A stretch of DNA of 63,193 nt, filler included, from Octopus bimaculoides (lineage: Eukaryota): the NCBI RefSeq assembly GCF_001194135.2. It is 6 parts of 6 records of this genome, joined end to end, with 100 filler letters (N's around TTAATTAATTAA, not from the genome) between each part and the next. Parts side by side here need not be neighbours in the genome. Positions count along the whole stretch, not along the records: positions 16,276 to 26,566 come from NC_068990.1; positions 26,667 to 35,589 come from NC_068984.1; positions 35,690 to 48,649 come from NC_068989.1; 3 more parts are not named here. One strand, given 5' to 3'. Below, one piece after another: positions 24,820 through 38,952 of the stretch. Under the pieces are notes generated by a model, which worked only from the letters and a program-made list of their open reading frames with translations, made no database searches and was not told the origin of the DNA. The number at the start of each line of letters is the position of its first letter. Positions within the stretch are counted from its first letter, which is position 1. A program made the translations under genes and the position numbers.

Positions 24820-25784
24820 NNNNNNNNNNNNNNNNNNNNNNNNNNNNNNNNNNNNNNNNNNNNNNNNNNNNNNNNNNNNNNNNNNNNNNNNNNNNNNNNN
24901 NNNNNNNNNNNNNNNNNNNNNNNNNNNNNNNNNNNNNNNNNNNNNNNNNNNNNNNNNNNNNNNNNNNNNNNNNNNNNNNNNNNNNNNNNNNNNNNNNNNN
25001 NNNNNNNNNNNNNNNNNNNNNNNNNNNNNNNNNNNNNNNNNNNNNNNNNNNNNNNNNNNNNNNNNNNNNNNNNNNNNNNNNNNNNNNNNNNNNNNNNNNN
25101 NNNNNNNNNNNNNNNNNNNNNNNNNNNNNNNNNNNNNNNNNNNNNNNNNNNNNNNNNNNNNNNNNNNNNNNNNNNNNNNNNNNNNNNNNNNNNNNNNNNN
25201 NNNNNNNNNNNNNNNNNNNNNNNNNNNNNNNNNNNNNNNNNNNNNNNNNNNNNNNNNNNNNNNNNNNNNNNNNNNNNNNNNNNNNNNNNNNNNNNNNNNN
25301 NNNNNNNNNNNNNNNNNNNNNNNNNNNNNNNNNNNNNNNNNNNNNNNNNNNNNNNNNNNNNNNNNNNNNNNNNNNNNNNNNNNNNNNNNNNNNNNNNNNN
25401 NNNNNNNNNNNNNNNNNNNNNNNNNNNNNNNNNNNNNNNNNNNNNNNNNNNNNNNNNNNNNNNNNNNNNNNNNNNNNNNNNNNNNNNNNNNNNNNNNNNN
25501 NNNNNNNNNNNNNNNNNNNNNNNNNNNNNNNNNNNNNNNNNNNNNNNNNNNNNNNNNNNNNNNNNNNNNNNNNNNNNNNNNNNNNNNNNNNNNNNNNNNN
25601 NNNNNNNNNNNNNNNNNNNNNNNNNNNNNNNNNNNNNNNNNNNNNNNNNNNNNNNNNNNNNNNNNNNNNNNNNNNNNNNNNNNNNNNNNNNNNNNNNNNN
25701 NNNNNNNNNNNNNNNNNNNNATATATATATATATATATATATAGACACCTGTCTTCGTATTTTGTTTTTCTGTAAATTTCAACT

Positions 25785-25839
<55 letters not shown>

Positions 25840-26406
25840 TGAAAGTACCCATTACCTAAATCTGAGTACACGTACTTTATTGGTTGGCGAAACTTTGGGC
25901 ATCGTAGCTCCGAGTTTCAACATTAAGTTACCGAGTACACAAATGTTAAAATAAATCGCGAACGTCAAACTCTGTGTCACAGACAATTCAAAAACTTTAG
26001 TTAACATTACTACTACGACTACCACCACCACCAGCACCACCACTACTACTATTACTATTACTACTTCTAATGGTGTTGTTAGTGTTGGTGGAGGCATCGG
26101 CAGTGGTGAGAAGAAAAGAATAGTATTTACTCCTTTACTTCTCCTTCTCCTGCTCTTGTTTTGTTTTGTTTTTTGTTTTCTATTTCCCACTCTCTACTCT
26201 ACTCAGTCTGTCTTTCTCTCTCTCTCTCTCACGCAAACACACACACACTTACACACACATACATACGCGCACGCACACACATTCCCCCAGGTTGTGAAGA
26301 GAGTGCAGTCTGTCAAACGACAAACTACCATGCCACACCCTCTCCAATTGTCATTTCATTCTTAATTCTCAATTTTTCTTCTTCTCTCTCTCTCTCTCTC
26401 GCTCTC

Positions 26407-26452
<46 letters not shown>

Positions 26453-26666
26453 ACTCTCCCTTTCTCTATCTCCCTCTCTCTCTCTTCGTCTCTCTTCTCT
26501 CTGTCCTCAAGCCTCTTGCACACAGAAACGACCTTCACTCTAATATCATAACCTCTCTCTCTCTCTNNNNNNNNNNNNNNNNNNNNNNNNNNNNNNNNNN
26601 NNNNNNNNNNTTAATTAATTAANNNNNNNNNNNNNNNNNNNNNNNNNNNNNNNNNNNNNNNNNNNN

Positions 26667-26709
<43 letters not shown>

Positions 26710-27884
26710 ATGTATTATTTATGACGTTTACATTTCGTATATTTTTCGTGCTGTTTAATGTTATATCTTTCCTCCATTTATATGTGTGTGTGCGTGTGTG
26801 TGTGTGTGTGTGTGTATGTATATGTGTGTGTGCGTGTATGTATGCATGTATGAAGGTATTTGCTTCTATTCTATGGACATTGCTCTTATATATTTCTGTT
26901 GGTCTTTTTGATATGAGAAATAAAGCGATTTTCATGGTTTTCAGCATCAATCAACAGCAGCGGCACCAGTAGCAGCAGCAACATATTATCACCTTATTCA
27001 TCATCACTATCTTTGTCGAGATCATTAGCCACCATCACCACCACCACCACCATCTGCAATATTGTCTTCATCATCAACACCAACAACAACAAAACCCAAC
27101 ATCGGCAGCAGCAACTTCTTTATCATGTCGTAGATTTTTGCATATCAAATATATCTATCCGTATAGACGCTTTGCTAGCAAGGCTACCATTAACTCCACT
27201 CCAATATTTTTCTTAAATAGGTGACGAGAGTAGTTTTAATACTCAAACACGCCGGCAGCATGGAACCTTAATAGTAAATGTGTCGCTAATGTATTCGCCA
27301 TAGTGAGGCAAGAAATTGCAATTCATTTAAGTTATACTTTTAATGGCGAGAAGAAAAACCTGATACTCTGTCGGTTACGGCGAGTGTTGCAGTTGATCCG
27401 TTCAACGGAAGCGCATGCTCTTGAAATTAACGTGTAATCGGTAGAGCACTCTGCAGACACGCATGCCCTTAACATAGTTCTCAAGAAGATTCAGAGTGAC
27501 ACCGGCTGTGATGTAGCTGGCCCTTCGAAATTACAGGTACGACTCATTTTTGCCAGCTGAGTGGTCTGGAGCAACGTGAAATAAAGTGTCTTGCTCAAGA
27601 ACATAATACTCAAGGACACACAATTGTGAGCCGATTACCTCTAACCACTAAGCCTTCTCAGAATGATGAAAATAATCAGTGTATAAATTATTAAATCTTC
27701 TCAAGAAAGGCAAGGGAGACAACCCTGATATGTTACAGTTATTTTATTTAATTAAGCGAATGATGCAGAGAAAATTGAAATTTCCCGTCGTATATTTAGA
27801 CACAGAAGAATTTACAAATTGAAACTTCAATCTCAATGATTGTTTTGTTTTTTTGTTTTTTGGGTTGTTTTTTTTTTGTTTGCT

Positions 27885-28400
27885 CTCTTGGAGAGCAGAA
27901 GCATGTCTGGTCGGAGAGATTCAACTGTTATCTCCTTTGGATAGACGAGTCGGCTCTTCAGATTCACTTGCATTTCTCAGTCTATGGCTGGATGCAAAAC
28001 AGAAACCGGATCTCAACTGTTACTTTTGTCGTGGGGGCATTGTGACCTTCCCTTGGTCACTTGATGCCCTTGGCTGGTCATTATGACTGATTGTTAGCCT
28101 TAACCCTTTGTCGGTCTGTCCATTTGGCGATTTCTACAAGGACCTGGTCATGCGTCCACTTGTATTGGCCTTCTCCCAGTACCCTAATGCATCCGGTGAA
28201 AATGTAGTTCGGGGTGCAAAGAGTTGCTCCACGCTGCATGCAGGATGGGTTTTCCTCTTTGCTCCATATTTCCGAGTCATTTGAGGCTGGCGAGAGATCA
28301 GCGGCACCAAGCAGGGGAGAGGATAATTCTCCCTTCTCAGTATTCCAGAGATATGTTACTCTTCAGAATGTTTTCATATATGTAGATCTTTGTAAGTAGG
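27885..28400 (-). mobile_element. HERO-clade-like RLE non-LTR retrotransposon fragment
   Basis: LLGAADLSP...IWSKEENPSC....TLCTPNYIFTGC..VLGEGQYKWTHDQVL (zinc knuckle, R..RHD region) and D*EMQVNLKSRLVYPKEITVESLRPDMLL (RLE PD motif). Confidence 0.7.
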
Positions 28401-29844
28401 TGAGATTTTAACTCAACAGAGACTATATACGGCCAAGATTAACTTCAATGCATCACAGTCCGACGATATCTGGCTGACCGATACTTCGAAATCACTGTCA
28501 ACAATATTCTTCTTTAAGAATAACATACACATCTACATACATACATATATATATGTGTGTGTGTGTATGTGTGTGTGTCTGTGTCTGTGTGTTCTGTTCT
28601 CTTGGCACTCCGTCGGTCACGACGACGAAGGTTCCAGTCGACTCTATCAACGGAACAGCCTGCTCGTGAAATTAACGTGCAAGTGGCTGAGCACTCCACA
28701 GATACGTGTACCCTTCACCTAGTTCTCGGGGTAGATTCAGCGTGACACAGAGTGCGACAAGGCTGGCCCTTTCAAATACAGGTACAACAGAAACAGGAAG
28801 ATAGAGTGAGAGAAAGTTGTGGTGGAAGAGTACAGCAGGGTTCGCGAACGTTTCTTTCGGAAGCATTTCTGCAGTTGTCTCACGAAGTTCCTTCCTGAAT
28901 TCCTTATGAGAAGTGCGTGAGAGTGGCAAAGTCTCAAATCTCGTGTGTGCTGGCACATCCGTAGCGCTGCTTTTAAGATATGTATTATACGTGCAGTTTA
29001 TATATATATATGTATTATATATATGTATTATATATATATAATAATATATATGTAATATATATANNNNNNNNNNNNNNNNNNNNNNNNNNNNNNNNNNNNN
29101 NNNNNNNNNNNNNNNNNNNNNNNNNNNNNNNNNNNNNNNNNNNNNNNNNNNNNNNNNNNNNNNNNNNNNNNNNNNNNNNNNNNNNNNNNNNNNNNNNNNN
29201 NNNNNNNNNNNNATATATATATATATATAATTGTATGTATGTATGTATTTGTGTGTGTGTGTGTATGTTTGTGCATCTATCCCCCACCAATCGCTTCACA
29301 ACCAATGTTGGTGTGTTTACGTCTCCGTAACCTAGCGGTTCGGCAAAACGGACCGATGGAAGAAGTACTAGGCTTACAACGAATAAGTCCTGAGGTCGAT
29401 TTCTTCAAATAAGGTTGGTACTCCAGCATGGCCGCAGACAAAATCACTGAAACAAAAAAAAGAGTTAAAGAATACACTCAGATATATATAGACATAAAGA
29501 TATACACATGTATGTATACACACACATATACACGCGCGTGCGTGTGCGTGTACATACATATATAAACACGCATGCACTCACACACACATTAACACACTTG
29601 ATACTTTCGTTGTTGCTTACCTCACTGTTAACCCTATGTTTCTGAGCCTAGTCATTTCTGGCGTCCTATACGTTGATGTGCCTAGATTCTATTTAAACTT
29701 ATAACTGATCAATGGCGGGTGAGGATTTTACTCTTGCCTGTTTTCTACCCCTTTTCCTCCTCCTTCTTATCGCCTCCGTGCGTTTCTGAAAGCAACTCTT
29801 TTCGCATGAATAAACACACAAGCCGGGTAACTTGTTTTAGCAAC

Positions 29845-29877
<33 letters not shown>

Positions 29878-30589
29878 CGCACACTCGCAGATGTATATGC
29901 ATATGAGTATATATATATATATATATATATACTTACATATTTTATACGCGTATACGCATATTTATATGTACATACACACACTCACATTTGTGCGGAGGGT
30001 GGCCATTTTGTTTTTGTCTATATTTTGCTTAAAAACACTTTAAATCGAATTTTTTTACTGAATCTCATTTGCATTTTTATTTCATTTTATTTACTTCTAC
30101 ATTTATTTCTATATTTTCAGTTCATTTCATTCCTCCAGTTTTATTTACTTGTTCGCAGTCAGATGACTTGTGGATCAATTGATTCACTGGGTAGATGCTT
30201 TGCCTTATTGACAGGCCTGTTAACTGTCTAACCGGCTTGCGGGCTGGCTGGCTGGCTGGACACCTGGTTTGCGGTCTGGCTGGTTAACCAACTGTTTGAA
30301 TGGCTGGTCAGATAGTCGGATGGTTGGATGGTCGGATGCTTGTGTAGATTCGATGTCTTATTGGTTGGCCGGTTGACCTAATGGTTGATCCTATGCCTGA
30401 CTGGTAATTTCGTTGATTAACTGGTGGAGCGAAGTTAGATGCCTGCCTGCTTATATGGCCGTCTTAACGATTTCTTACTGTCCTCTTTCTTTTCCCTTTT
30501 CCTTTCTTTTTTTTTTTTCTTGCTCAATTTTACAATATTACTTTTATCTCCACGCTACCCCCCAGCTCATCCAACAAGATAACCATATA

Positions 30590-30592
30590 TCA

Positions 30593-30641
<49 letters not shown>

Positions 30642-30874
30642 TCTCTTTCTATCTCTCTATCTCTCTTTTCTCTTTCTCTCTCTCTCTCTCTGTCTCTCTG
30701 TCTGTCTATCTCTCTCTCTCACTCTCTCTCTCTCTCTTTCACACCTTCTCTCAATATATGTGTATCTCTCTATATATCTCTCTCTCTATCTATTTATCTA
30801 TATATCAATATCTACATCTATTTATCATATGTATCTCTCTATCAATCTACCTATCTATCTATCCATCTATCCAT

Positions 30875-30936
<62 letters not shown>

Positions 30937-31103
30937 CTGTTTCAATCTCTCTCAAATACACCCACATACTTTATCTCTCCTCCACTCTCTCACACACTCT
31001 CTCTTCCCCTCACTCTATTTTTCTCCCTATCTTTATCTCTATCTATCTGTCTATTTATCTATCTATCTAAATCTACACCTATCTATTTATCTTTACCTCT
31101 ATG

Positions 31104-31155
<52 letters not shown>

Positions 31156-31412
31156 ACATACTCTCTCTTCCACTTTCTCACTCACTCTCTCTTGATCTCT
31201 CTTTCTCTCACTAACTCTCCCTCTCTCTCTCTCTCTCACACTCTCTCTCTCACTCTCACTCTCTCTCTCACTAACCCACTTGGTCTCTCATTCATTCTTT
31301 TCTTCCTATTCTTTTGCTCTTTAACTCTCTCTCTCTCTCTTTCTATCTCTCGCGCTCGATCTATCTCCCTGTATCTATCTATGTACCTATCTATAAATAT
31401 CTCTATCTATAA

Positions 31413-31461
<49 letters not shown>

Positions 31462-31466
31462 TGTGT

Positions 31467-31506
<40 letters not shown>

Positions 31507-31736
31507 ACACACATATACGTACGCACATACACATATGCACACACACACACACACCATTATATGTTCTGCTTCAAATGTATTCATTCCGATTTTTCTATTT
31601 TTCTCCTTCCGTTCGTCTCAACACCCCCCCCCCCNNNNNNNNNNTTTCTATTTTTCTCCTTCCGTTCGTCTCAACACCCCCCCCCCGCCATCCTCTCTTG
31701 TCTCTCTCTTTCCATCTCGTTGTTTATGCCTGTCCC

Positions 31737-31781
<45 letters not shown>

Positions 31782-32429
31782 ACACACATACACACATACA
31801 CACACATAGACATATACTCACTAATTCTCCCGTCCTCTCTGTTTCACTGACTATGGGTCAATTTCGTTTTTACTTCCTCTTTGACTATCTCTTCTCTCTT
31901 CTCCTTTCTCTCTCTCTATCTCTCACTCTGCCTCTCTCTCTCTCTCTCTTTTCCTCTCTTCCATATTTACAATTTCTTTTCAGGGCATCAATTTAAATTT
32001 CAATGTTTATTTCTTATCGCCACTTCCAATCCTAACACCGCATAACTTCATCCAGAAAGCAACAACAACAACAACAACAACAACAAAGACAAGAACCGCA
32101 GAGCTTGCTTCACCCCCATCGCCGGCACCTCCCCCACCATGAACCTCGACACTATTGAGAATGCTATCATCATCATCATCACCATCACCGCCACCACCAC
32201 CACTATCATCATCATCATCATCATCATTATCACCGCCACCCAATCACCACAACCACAGCCACCACCACCATCATTATCATCATCATCCTCATCATCACCA
32301 TCATCACCATCACCGCCTCCCAATCACCACTGCCACTACCACCGCTATCATCATCATCATCATCATTATCAACACCATCACCATCACCAATATCACCACC
32401 ACAGCCACAACCACCACCGCCAACACCAC

Positions 32430-32464
<35 letters not shown>

Positions 32465-33341
32465 CAACCATTTCTGTAAAACTACGACTGACATCGTTCA
32501 AGCCGTCACCACTACCAGCCAACCAGCCAAGAAACCAACTGATACCATTGCTGTCATTAACGCCAACCACGCCAACCACCAAGAGAAAGAGAAAATGAAA
32601 GAGAAAGAGAAACAGCAAAACTATTATTAACACGCCGCTTCTCTCGCCACGACCATCGCCACAAGCAGCATTACGACAATCACCACCACCACCACCACCA
32701 CCACCACGAACAAAATCACTCCCACCACCACCACCACGAACANNNNNNNNNNNNNNNNNNNNNNNNNNNNNNNNNNNNNNNNNNNNNNNNNNNNNNNNNN
32801 NNNNNNNNNNNNNNNNNNNNNNNNNNNNNNNNNNNNNNNNNNNNNNNNNNNNNNNNNNNNNNNNNNNNNNNNNNNNNNNNNNNNNNNNNNNNNNNNNNNN
32901 NNNNNNNNNNNNNNNNNNNNNNNNNNNNNNNNNNNNNNNNNNNNNNNNNNNNNNNNNNNNNNNNNNNNNNNNNNNNNNNNNNNNNNNNNNNNNNNNNNNN
33001 NNNNNNNNNNNNNNNNNNNNNNNNNNNNNNNNNNNNNNNNNNNNNNNNNNNNNNNNNNNNNNNNNNNNNNNNNNNNNNNNNNNNNNNNNNNNNNNNNNNN
33101 NNNNNNNNNNNNNNNNNNNNNNNNNNNNNNNNNNNNNNNNNNNNNNNNNNNNNNNNNNNNNNNNNNNNNNNNNNNNNNNNNNNNNNNNNNNNNNNNNNNN
33201 NNNNNNNNNNNNNNNNNNNNNNNNNNNNNNNNNNNNNNNNNNNNNNNNNNNNNNNNNNNNNATATATATATATATATACATACATATATACATATATTTG
33301 TATCTATCAATCTATCGATTTGTCAATCCATCTATCTATCG

Positions 33342-33374
<33 letters not shown>

Positions 33375-33529
33375 CCCATCTATCTATCTAGCTTTATCAC
33401 TGTACAAGCAACCAGTCACCATTTTCTGTGAATTCTCCTGTCTAATACCGTAAACAAATATTCCACCGCTTCTCTAGAATGGTTTTCGCAAGCACATACA
33501 TACATTTAACACAGACACACACACATACA

Positions 33530-33560
<31 letters not shown>

Positions 33561-33938
33561 TTATATATATAGGCATTGCCATATGCACCCCGATAAATGA
33601 ACACCTTCATACATACAAGCAAGCATATACAAGCATTTATGCATGCAAACACAAACAACAAATTCACACATATACACATACATACACAATTACAAACACA
33701 CGCTCGCACACGTAAAGACACATAAAGACACAAAAGATGATGTGATACACAGACATACATACAACAAAGACGCGGAACCGTAGACACCAGCGCACGCTCA
33801 TAAATGTACGCACAATCAAACGAGTACACACGCATATACAAACATACATACACTACAACTCAGAGACACACATACACACATACAAATAGATACACACACA
33901 CACACACACACACATATATACACACATAGAAAGACATA

Positions 33939-33979
<41 letters not shown>

Positions 33980-33980
33980 T
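30590..33980. repeat. Compound microsatellite field: (CT)n, (CTAT)n, (GT)n, (CAY)n, (CA)n
   Basis: Read directly. It is the source of the poly-His/Ile/Ser ORFs in the ORF track. Similar fields lie at 20300-26560, 45320-46500, 53360-53700 and 62450-62730. Confidence 0.95.
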
Positions 33981-35099
33981 TACCATATGAATCTATGCTG
34001 CGTTATTATATATATATANNNNNNNNNNNNNNNNNNNNNNNNNNNNNNNNNNNNNNNNNNNNNNNNNNNNNNNNNNNNNNNNNNNNNNNNNNNNNNNNNN
34101 NNNNNNNNNNNNNNNNNNNNNNNNNNNNNNNNNNNNNNNNNNNNNNNNNNNNNNNNNNNNNNNNNNNNNNNNNNNNNNNNNNNNNNNNNNNNNNNNNNNN
34201 NNNNNNNNNNNNNNNNNNNNNNNNNNNNNNNNNNNNNNNNNNNNNNNNNNNNNNNNNNNNNNNNNNNNNNNNNNNNNNNNNNNNNNNNNNNNNNNNNNNN
34301 NNNNNNNNNNNNNNNNNNNNNNNNNNNNNNNNNNNNNNNNNNNNNNNNNNNNNNNNNNNNNNNNNNNNNNNNNNNNNNNNNNNNNNNNNNNNNNNNNNNN
34401 NNNNNNNNNNNNNNNNNNNNNNNNNNNNNNNNNNNNNNNNNNNNNNNNNNNNNNNNNNNNNNNNNNNNNNNNNNNNNNNNNNNNNNNNNNNNNNNNNNNN
34501 NNNNNNNNNNNNNNNNNNNNNNNNNNNNNNNNNNNNNNNNNNNNNNNNNNNNNNNNNNNNNNNNNNNNNNNNNNNNNNNNNNNNNNNNNNNNNNNNNNNN
34601 NNNNNNNNNNNNNNNNNNNNNNNNNNNNNNNNNNNNNNNNNNNNNNNNNNNNNNNNNNNNNNNNNNNNNNNNNNNNNNNNNNNNNNNNNNNNNNNNNNNN
34701 NNNNNNNNNNNNNNNNNNNNNNNNNNNNNNNNNNNNNNNNNNNNNNNNNNNNNNNNNNNNNNNNNNNNNNNNNNNNNNNNNNNNNNNNNNNNNNNNNNNN
34801 NNNNNNNNNNNNNNNNNNNNNNNNNNNNNNNNNNNNNNNNNNNNNNNNNNNNNNNNNNNNNNNNNNNNNNNNNNNNNNNNNNNNNNNNNNNNNNNNNNNN
34901 NNNNNNNNNNNNNNNNNNNNNNNNNNNNNNNNNNNNNNNNNNNNNNNNNNNNNNNNNNNNNNNNNNNNNNNNNNNNNNNNNNNNNNNNNNNNNNNNNNNN
35001 NNNNNNNNNATATATATATATATATATATATATAGACAATAGTTACAGAATGGAGTACGGGAAATCCAGGCTACATATCTTTCATAGCGAGCGGAACGT

Positions 35100-35440
35100 C
35101 AGAAGTGGTAAAATCCAAGTGAGGTGTATACCTCTTCAGGCAAAGGATATCTTGATTAGCTTAAAGGTTACATAGTCGCAAAGAGGTACATGTTTGTCTC
35201 ACCTGTTGGCTTTTTTCCTAGTAGTTGACCTATTTGGTGTATAAGGGAGTTTGAGTCCGCCGCCCTCGTCTGCACTTCCTGTTCGTCTGTTGGTTTATCC
35301 GGAATTATGGAGAGGAGAACGTTTAGTTCCTTTTTAAAGACATCTACTTCCACATTATGCAGGTTTCTTAACTTTTGTGGCAGGGCATTGAAGAGCTATG
35401 GGCCTTTGAACTCCAGACAATCGCAGTACTAGGTCCTGAA
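35100..35440 (-). mobile_element. CR1/L2-like LINE ORF2 C-terminus
   Basis: FKGP*LFNALPQKLRNLHNVEVDVFKKELNVLLSIIPDKPT......RAADSNSLIHQ. Confidence 0.8.
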
Positions 35441-35545
35441 TTTAGATGGTATTTTTAGAACAATACAATGGCGGCCAGTTTTGGCATTTGTGTAACAATC
35501 AATGCCGAAATATACATAGACATGGAAATATAAAAATTATTAAAA

Positions 35546-35589
<44 letters not shown>

Positions 35590-36771
35590 NNNNNNNNNNN
35601 NNNNNNNNNNNNNNNNNNNNNNNNNNNNNNNNNTTAATTAATTAANNNNNNNNNNNNNNNNNNNNNNNNNNNNNNNNNNNNNNNNNNNNACGTACATATA
35701 GATATAGATATAGAATAATAGATTGATATAAATACAGGTAGGTGTAGAATTGGTATCGTGTGTGAAATGAAGCATATCCAAAATATGCCTCTACAAATTA
35801 ACACAGCTTAACACAAACTTTCAAGTTTTGTGTCCATATCCTTAAAAGACCAAGCGTAATTGGTGCCCCTCAAGCAAGATTTCGCCTCCACACTTACAAA
35901 AACATTCCCTAATACTGCTAAGAAATAATACATCAAAATGTATTGGTAATGTCAGGAGTGTCTCACCCCACTCACCAACATTATGTAATGTTTGTGCTAG
36001 TTCAAAAGGAAGCAGAATTGTTTGGGAATAAAACATCTAAGCAATAATTTGTGTCTATAAATTCGTATACGTGACTATTGGGTATGCTGGTATTGGTTCC
36101 GAGGTGATTAAGAATGTTCTAGTGTCAGAATATTAACTTTGCTACTCTTAAGTTAAAAGTCATAAATCTCATCCATTTGAGTTTGCTATCTTTCTTTAGC
36201 ATGATAAAAATATAATTTGCGAAAAGAAAATAGAATATATTGGTTTAGTTAATGATAATATTTTTGTATACTTTCTCGGCGTCACTATCAGAGTTTATTA
36301 TCACTTCACCGTAAATATATCAGAATAACTTCATGCGTTAATTTCCCCCTCGAGTATATGTGGTTCTCTTCTATATATTAAAAACCTCACGTAATATGTG
36401 CTGTAGGAAATGTTATGATAACGTTTGTCTCCTTCAGTTAATGTATTTGTGAAGATATTAAAATGGCCGAAATGTGATATACGATACAGTATTGTACAAA
36501 CATCCACACTAGTTAAATCCAGAAATAGACAACTGATGATATTCAATACAAGAAATATAATATAGCTGATAGGTTTATCAAGATGTGTCACGTTGCGTTC
36601 TACATTTCCAATAAACTACCAACGTAATAAAACTACTTTCGCTTCTCGTTTGCATCCAACATTTGCCATTTTATTAATTATTCCTGCACTAGTGAGGTGC
36701 AGCGAGTATTAACTTTATTAGGACTAATACAACTACAACATCAACAGCAACAACAGCAACAAAAAACAATA

Positions 36772-36805
<34 letters not shown>

Positions 36806-38661
36806 GTCATGTTGCTTATAATATTTTGTAATATATTATATCGGTGCAATGCCAGTAATTTATGTTCAGTGTATGTTTTATGTGCAACCTCCCCTAGTAT
36901 ATGAGTGAGACATTATAACATTGGATGAATGAAAGACAATATCCACTTGAGAGAGAACAGACTGCATAACATGAAAGAATTATAAAGCAACTTATTAGCT
37001 ATAATGTAAATAACAATTTATTCAGGTTTATGTTTAAACGACGAGGAGTCGCATGACGTTTATATCGATTCATTATTTGCCCTTTGTCTGCTTACACACT
37101 CGATACATATCTAACACCATCTAATTTACTAAAGGCTCAATTCATTACGTCGTCATTGTATGAAATGCTAAGGAAATGTCTTTCCTGTCAATAGTACTAC
37201 ATTAGTCTTATGATAAGTAAAAGTGAGTGGTGTATTTTGGCCCGTTCTAGATAAGACGTAAATCTGAATCTTCTTATCTAAAATATTTAAAGCCTATATT
37301 TTATCGTAAACTATATAACAACATTTTCTAGAACACACTTATTCAAGAAAATTGCCGCAGTAGGTCATAGAAATCAGTTTTGCCGCCTACGCTTATCCGT
37401 GAACAACTGAATGCTGATAAGTGTCATTTCAGCTATCATTTCACCATTATACACCAGTGAATATGTTGAATGAATTCTTCTTCGAAACACGCATTAAATT
37501 TACTAACATTGTGTAAATAAATTTATGACACAGTGATAACTGTAGAACTGTGCACTAGATAACTTCAAATAGTAAAAGATTCTGTATTTAAACATAAACT
37601 TTTCTGGTGTTGATGTCTAGTTGCTTAGTGAGCTATTCAATCTTGATTCGCTTTTGTAAAACTTGGTGATCTGAGCGGAATATATGTGGTTGTGATTTTC
37701 TCAGAAATATTCCAATCACTTTTGCTGACGCTTAAAAATCAGCGTGAAACAATGGTGTCTCTGACTGTCGCATATGTTTTAAGATTATGTATCTTTGCAA
37801 GCCAGGCATGAAACGCATGCCGCATAAATAATAGGATTGAACTACGAAAGAAAAAGCAAGTAATCTCTGTCTCTAAAGATACAAGTATAGTAAATTAATA
37901 CAAACTATTGTTCTCTGTGTTGCCATTTCACAAAATGCAAGGAGAACTACAATCTGTGTGTAGTTCACAGTTGTATGAAAATGAACTCAAAATGAAGCGT
38001 CAGTGTGGTCGCTTGATCTGCTAGAATTAGCTGCCAATCGTCCGTAATTTTCCACTATACCGTGATAAAAAAATACAACTATGCATCTGACAATATCAGC
38101 CTAGAGATATGACAGACGATGGAGAATTAAGTTTTGTCTTATATTTGTTTGATCTGGGATTAACGTTGATCTGGGATTAAAATTACCAACTGTGGTAACA
38201 GTTAATACTTATCTTCTCATTCTTTTCGCTGAACTTTTTAAGAGTAGATGCTTTATATTGTGTTCATAAATGTGACCGTTTCACTGTAGAATTCGCGGGA
38301 CTGTGAGTGTGTCAAAAACAAAATAAGTCCATGCATACGTAACAAATTAAGCAAGTCAAATATCAGAGCAATTAATGAGGCCGGAATTCTGAAACATTTA
38401 ATCACAGTGAAAGCGCTCCTACTCTTTTTTATGAGCCGAGATGCAAAGAGACAACATTTAAATAGAGCGGTTGCAATAGAAATTTATCGCATCTTTAAGA
38501 ATAATGTAATGCGCAAATTCAACATGTCTTATGTGACTAGAAGACAGATACAAAGAAACAGTAAAATACAAGAGAGAAATGCGTCTAAGCAAAATACACA
38601 ACTTATTCTACCACCTGCAGCTTTGTGTGATGTAAACACGTTATTTGGATCAACATGCTAT

Positions 38662-38695
<34 letters not shown>

Positions 38696-38894
38696 CATTC
38701 TTTCCTAATTATATACATCATAGCAAAATATCATGCTCACGTGAGTCAGTACTTTCAGTGGCATTTCTATATAGTTATTTTGGTACAATTTGTAAATTAA
38801 TTTGCTTGCTCTTTTTATATTTGTGTTGCTACATTAGTGTTTATGGCAAGGACTTGTATATGTTCTTTAGCAAACAATACGCTAGCGTAAGAGA

Positions 38895-38952
<58 letters not shown>

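Noticed and set aside
30200-30470. GC-richer island with tggc/tggt periodicity
   Set aside because: A decayed tetranucleotide repeat with no ORF or structure.
20207-35042. Long ORFs in the ORF track (up to 577 aa), including poly-His/Ile ORFs at 32139-32630
   Set aside because: They are translations of microsatellites and N runs, with no non-repetitive coding content.
35810-35960. Minus-strand peptide YFLAVLGNVFVSVEAKSCLRGTNYAW, resembling GPCR TM1-ICL1
   Set aside because: Spacing and the TM2 LAxxD motif do not fit, and stops flank it closely; likely coincidence.
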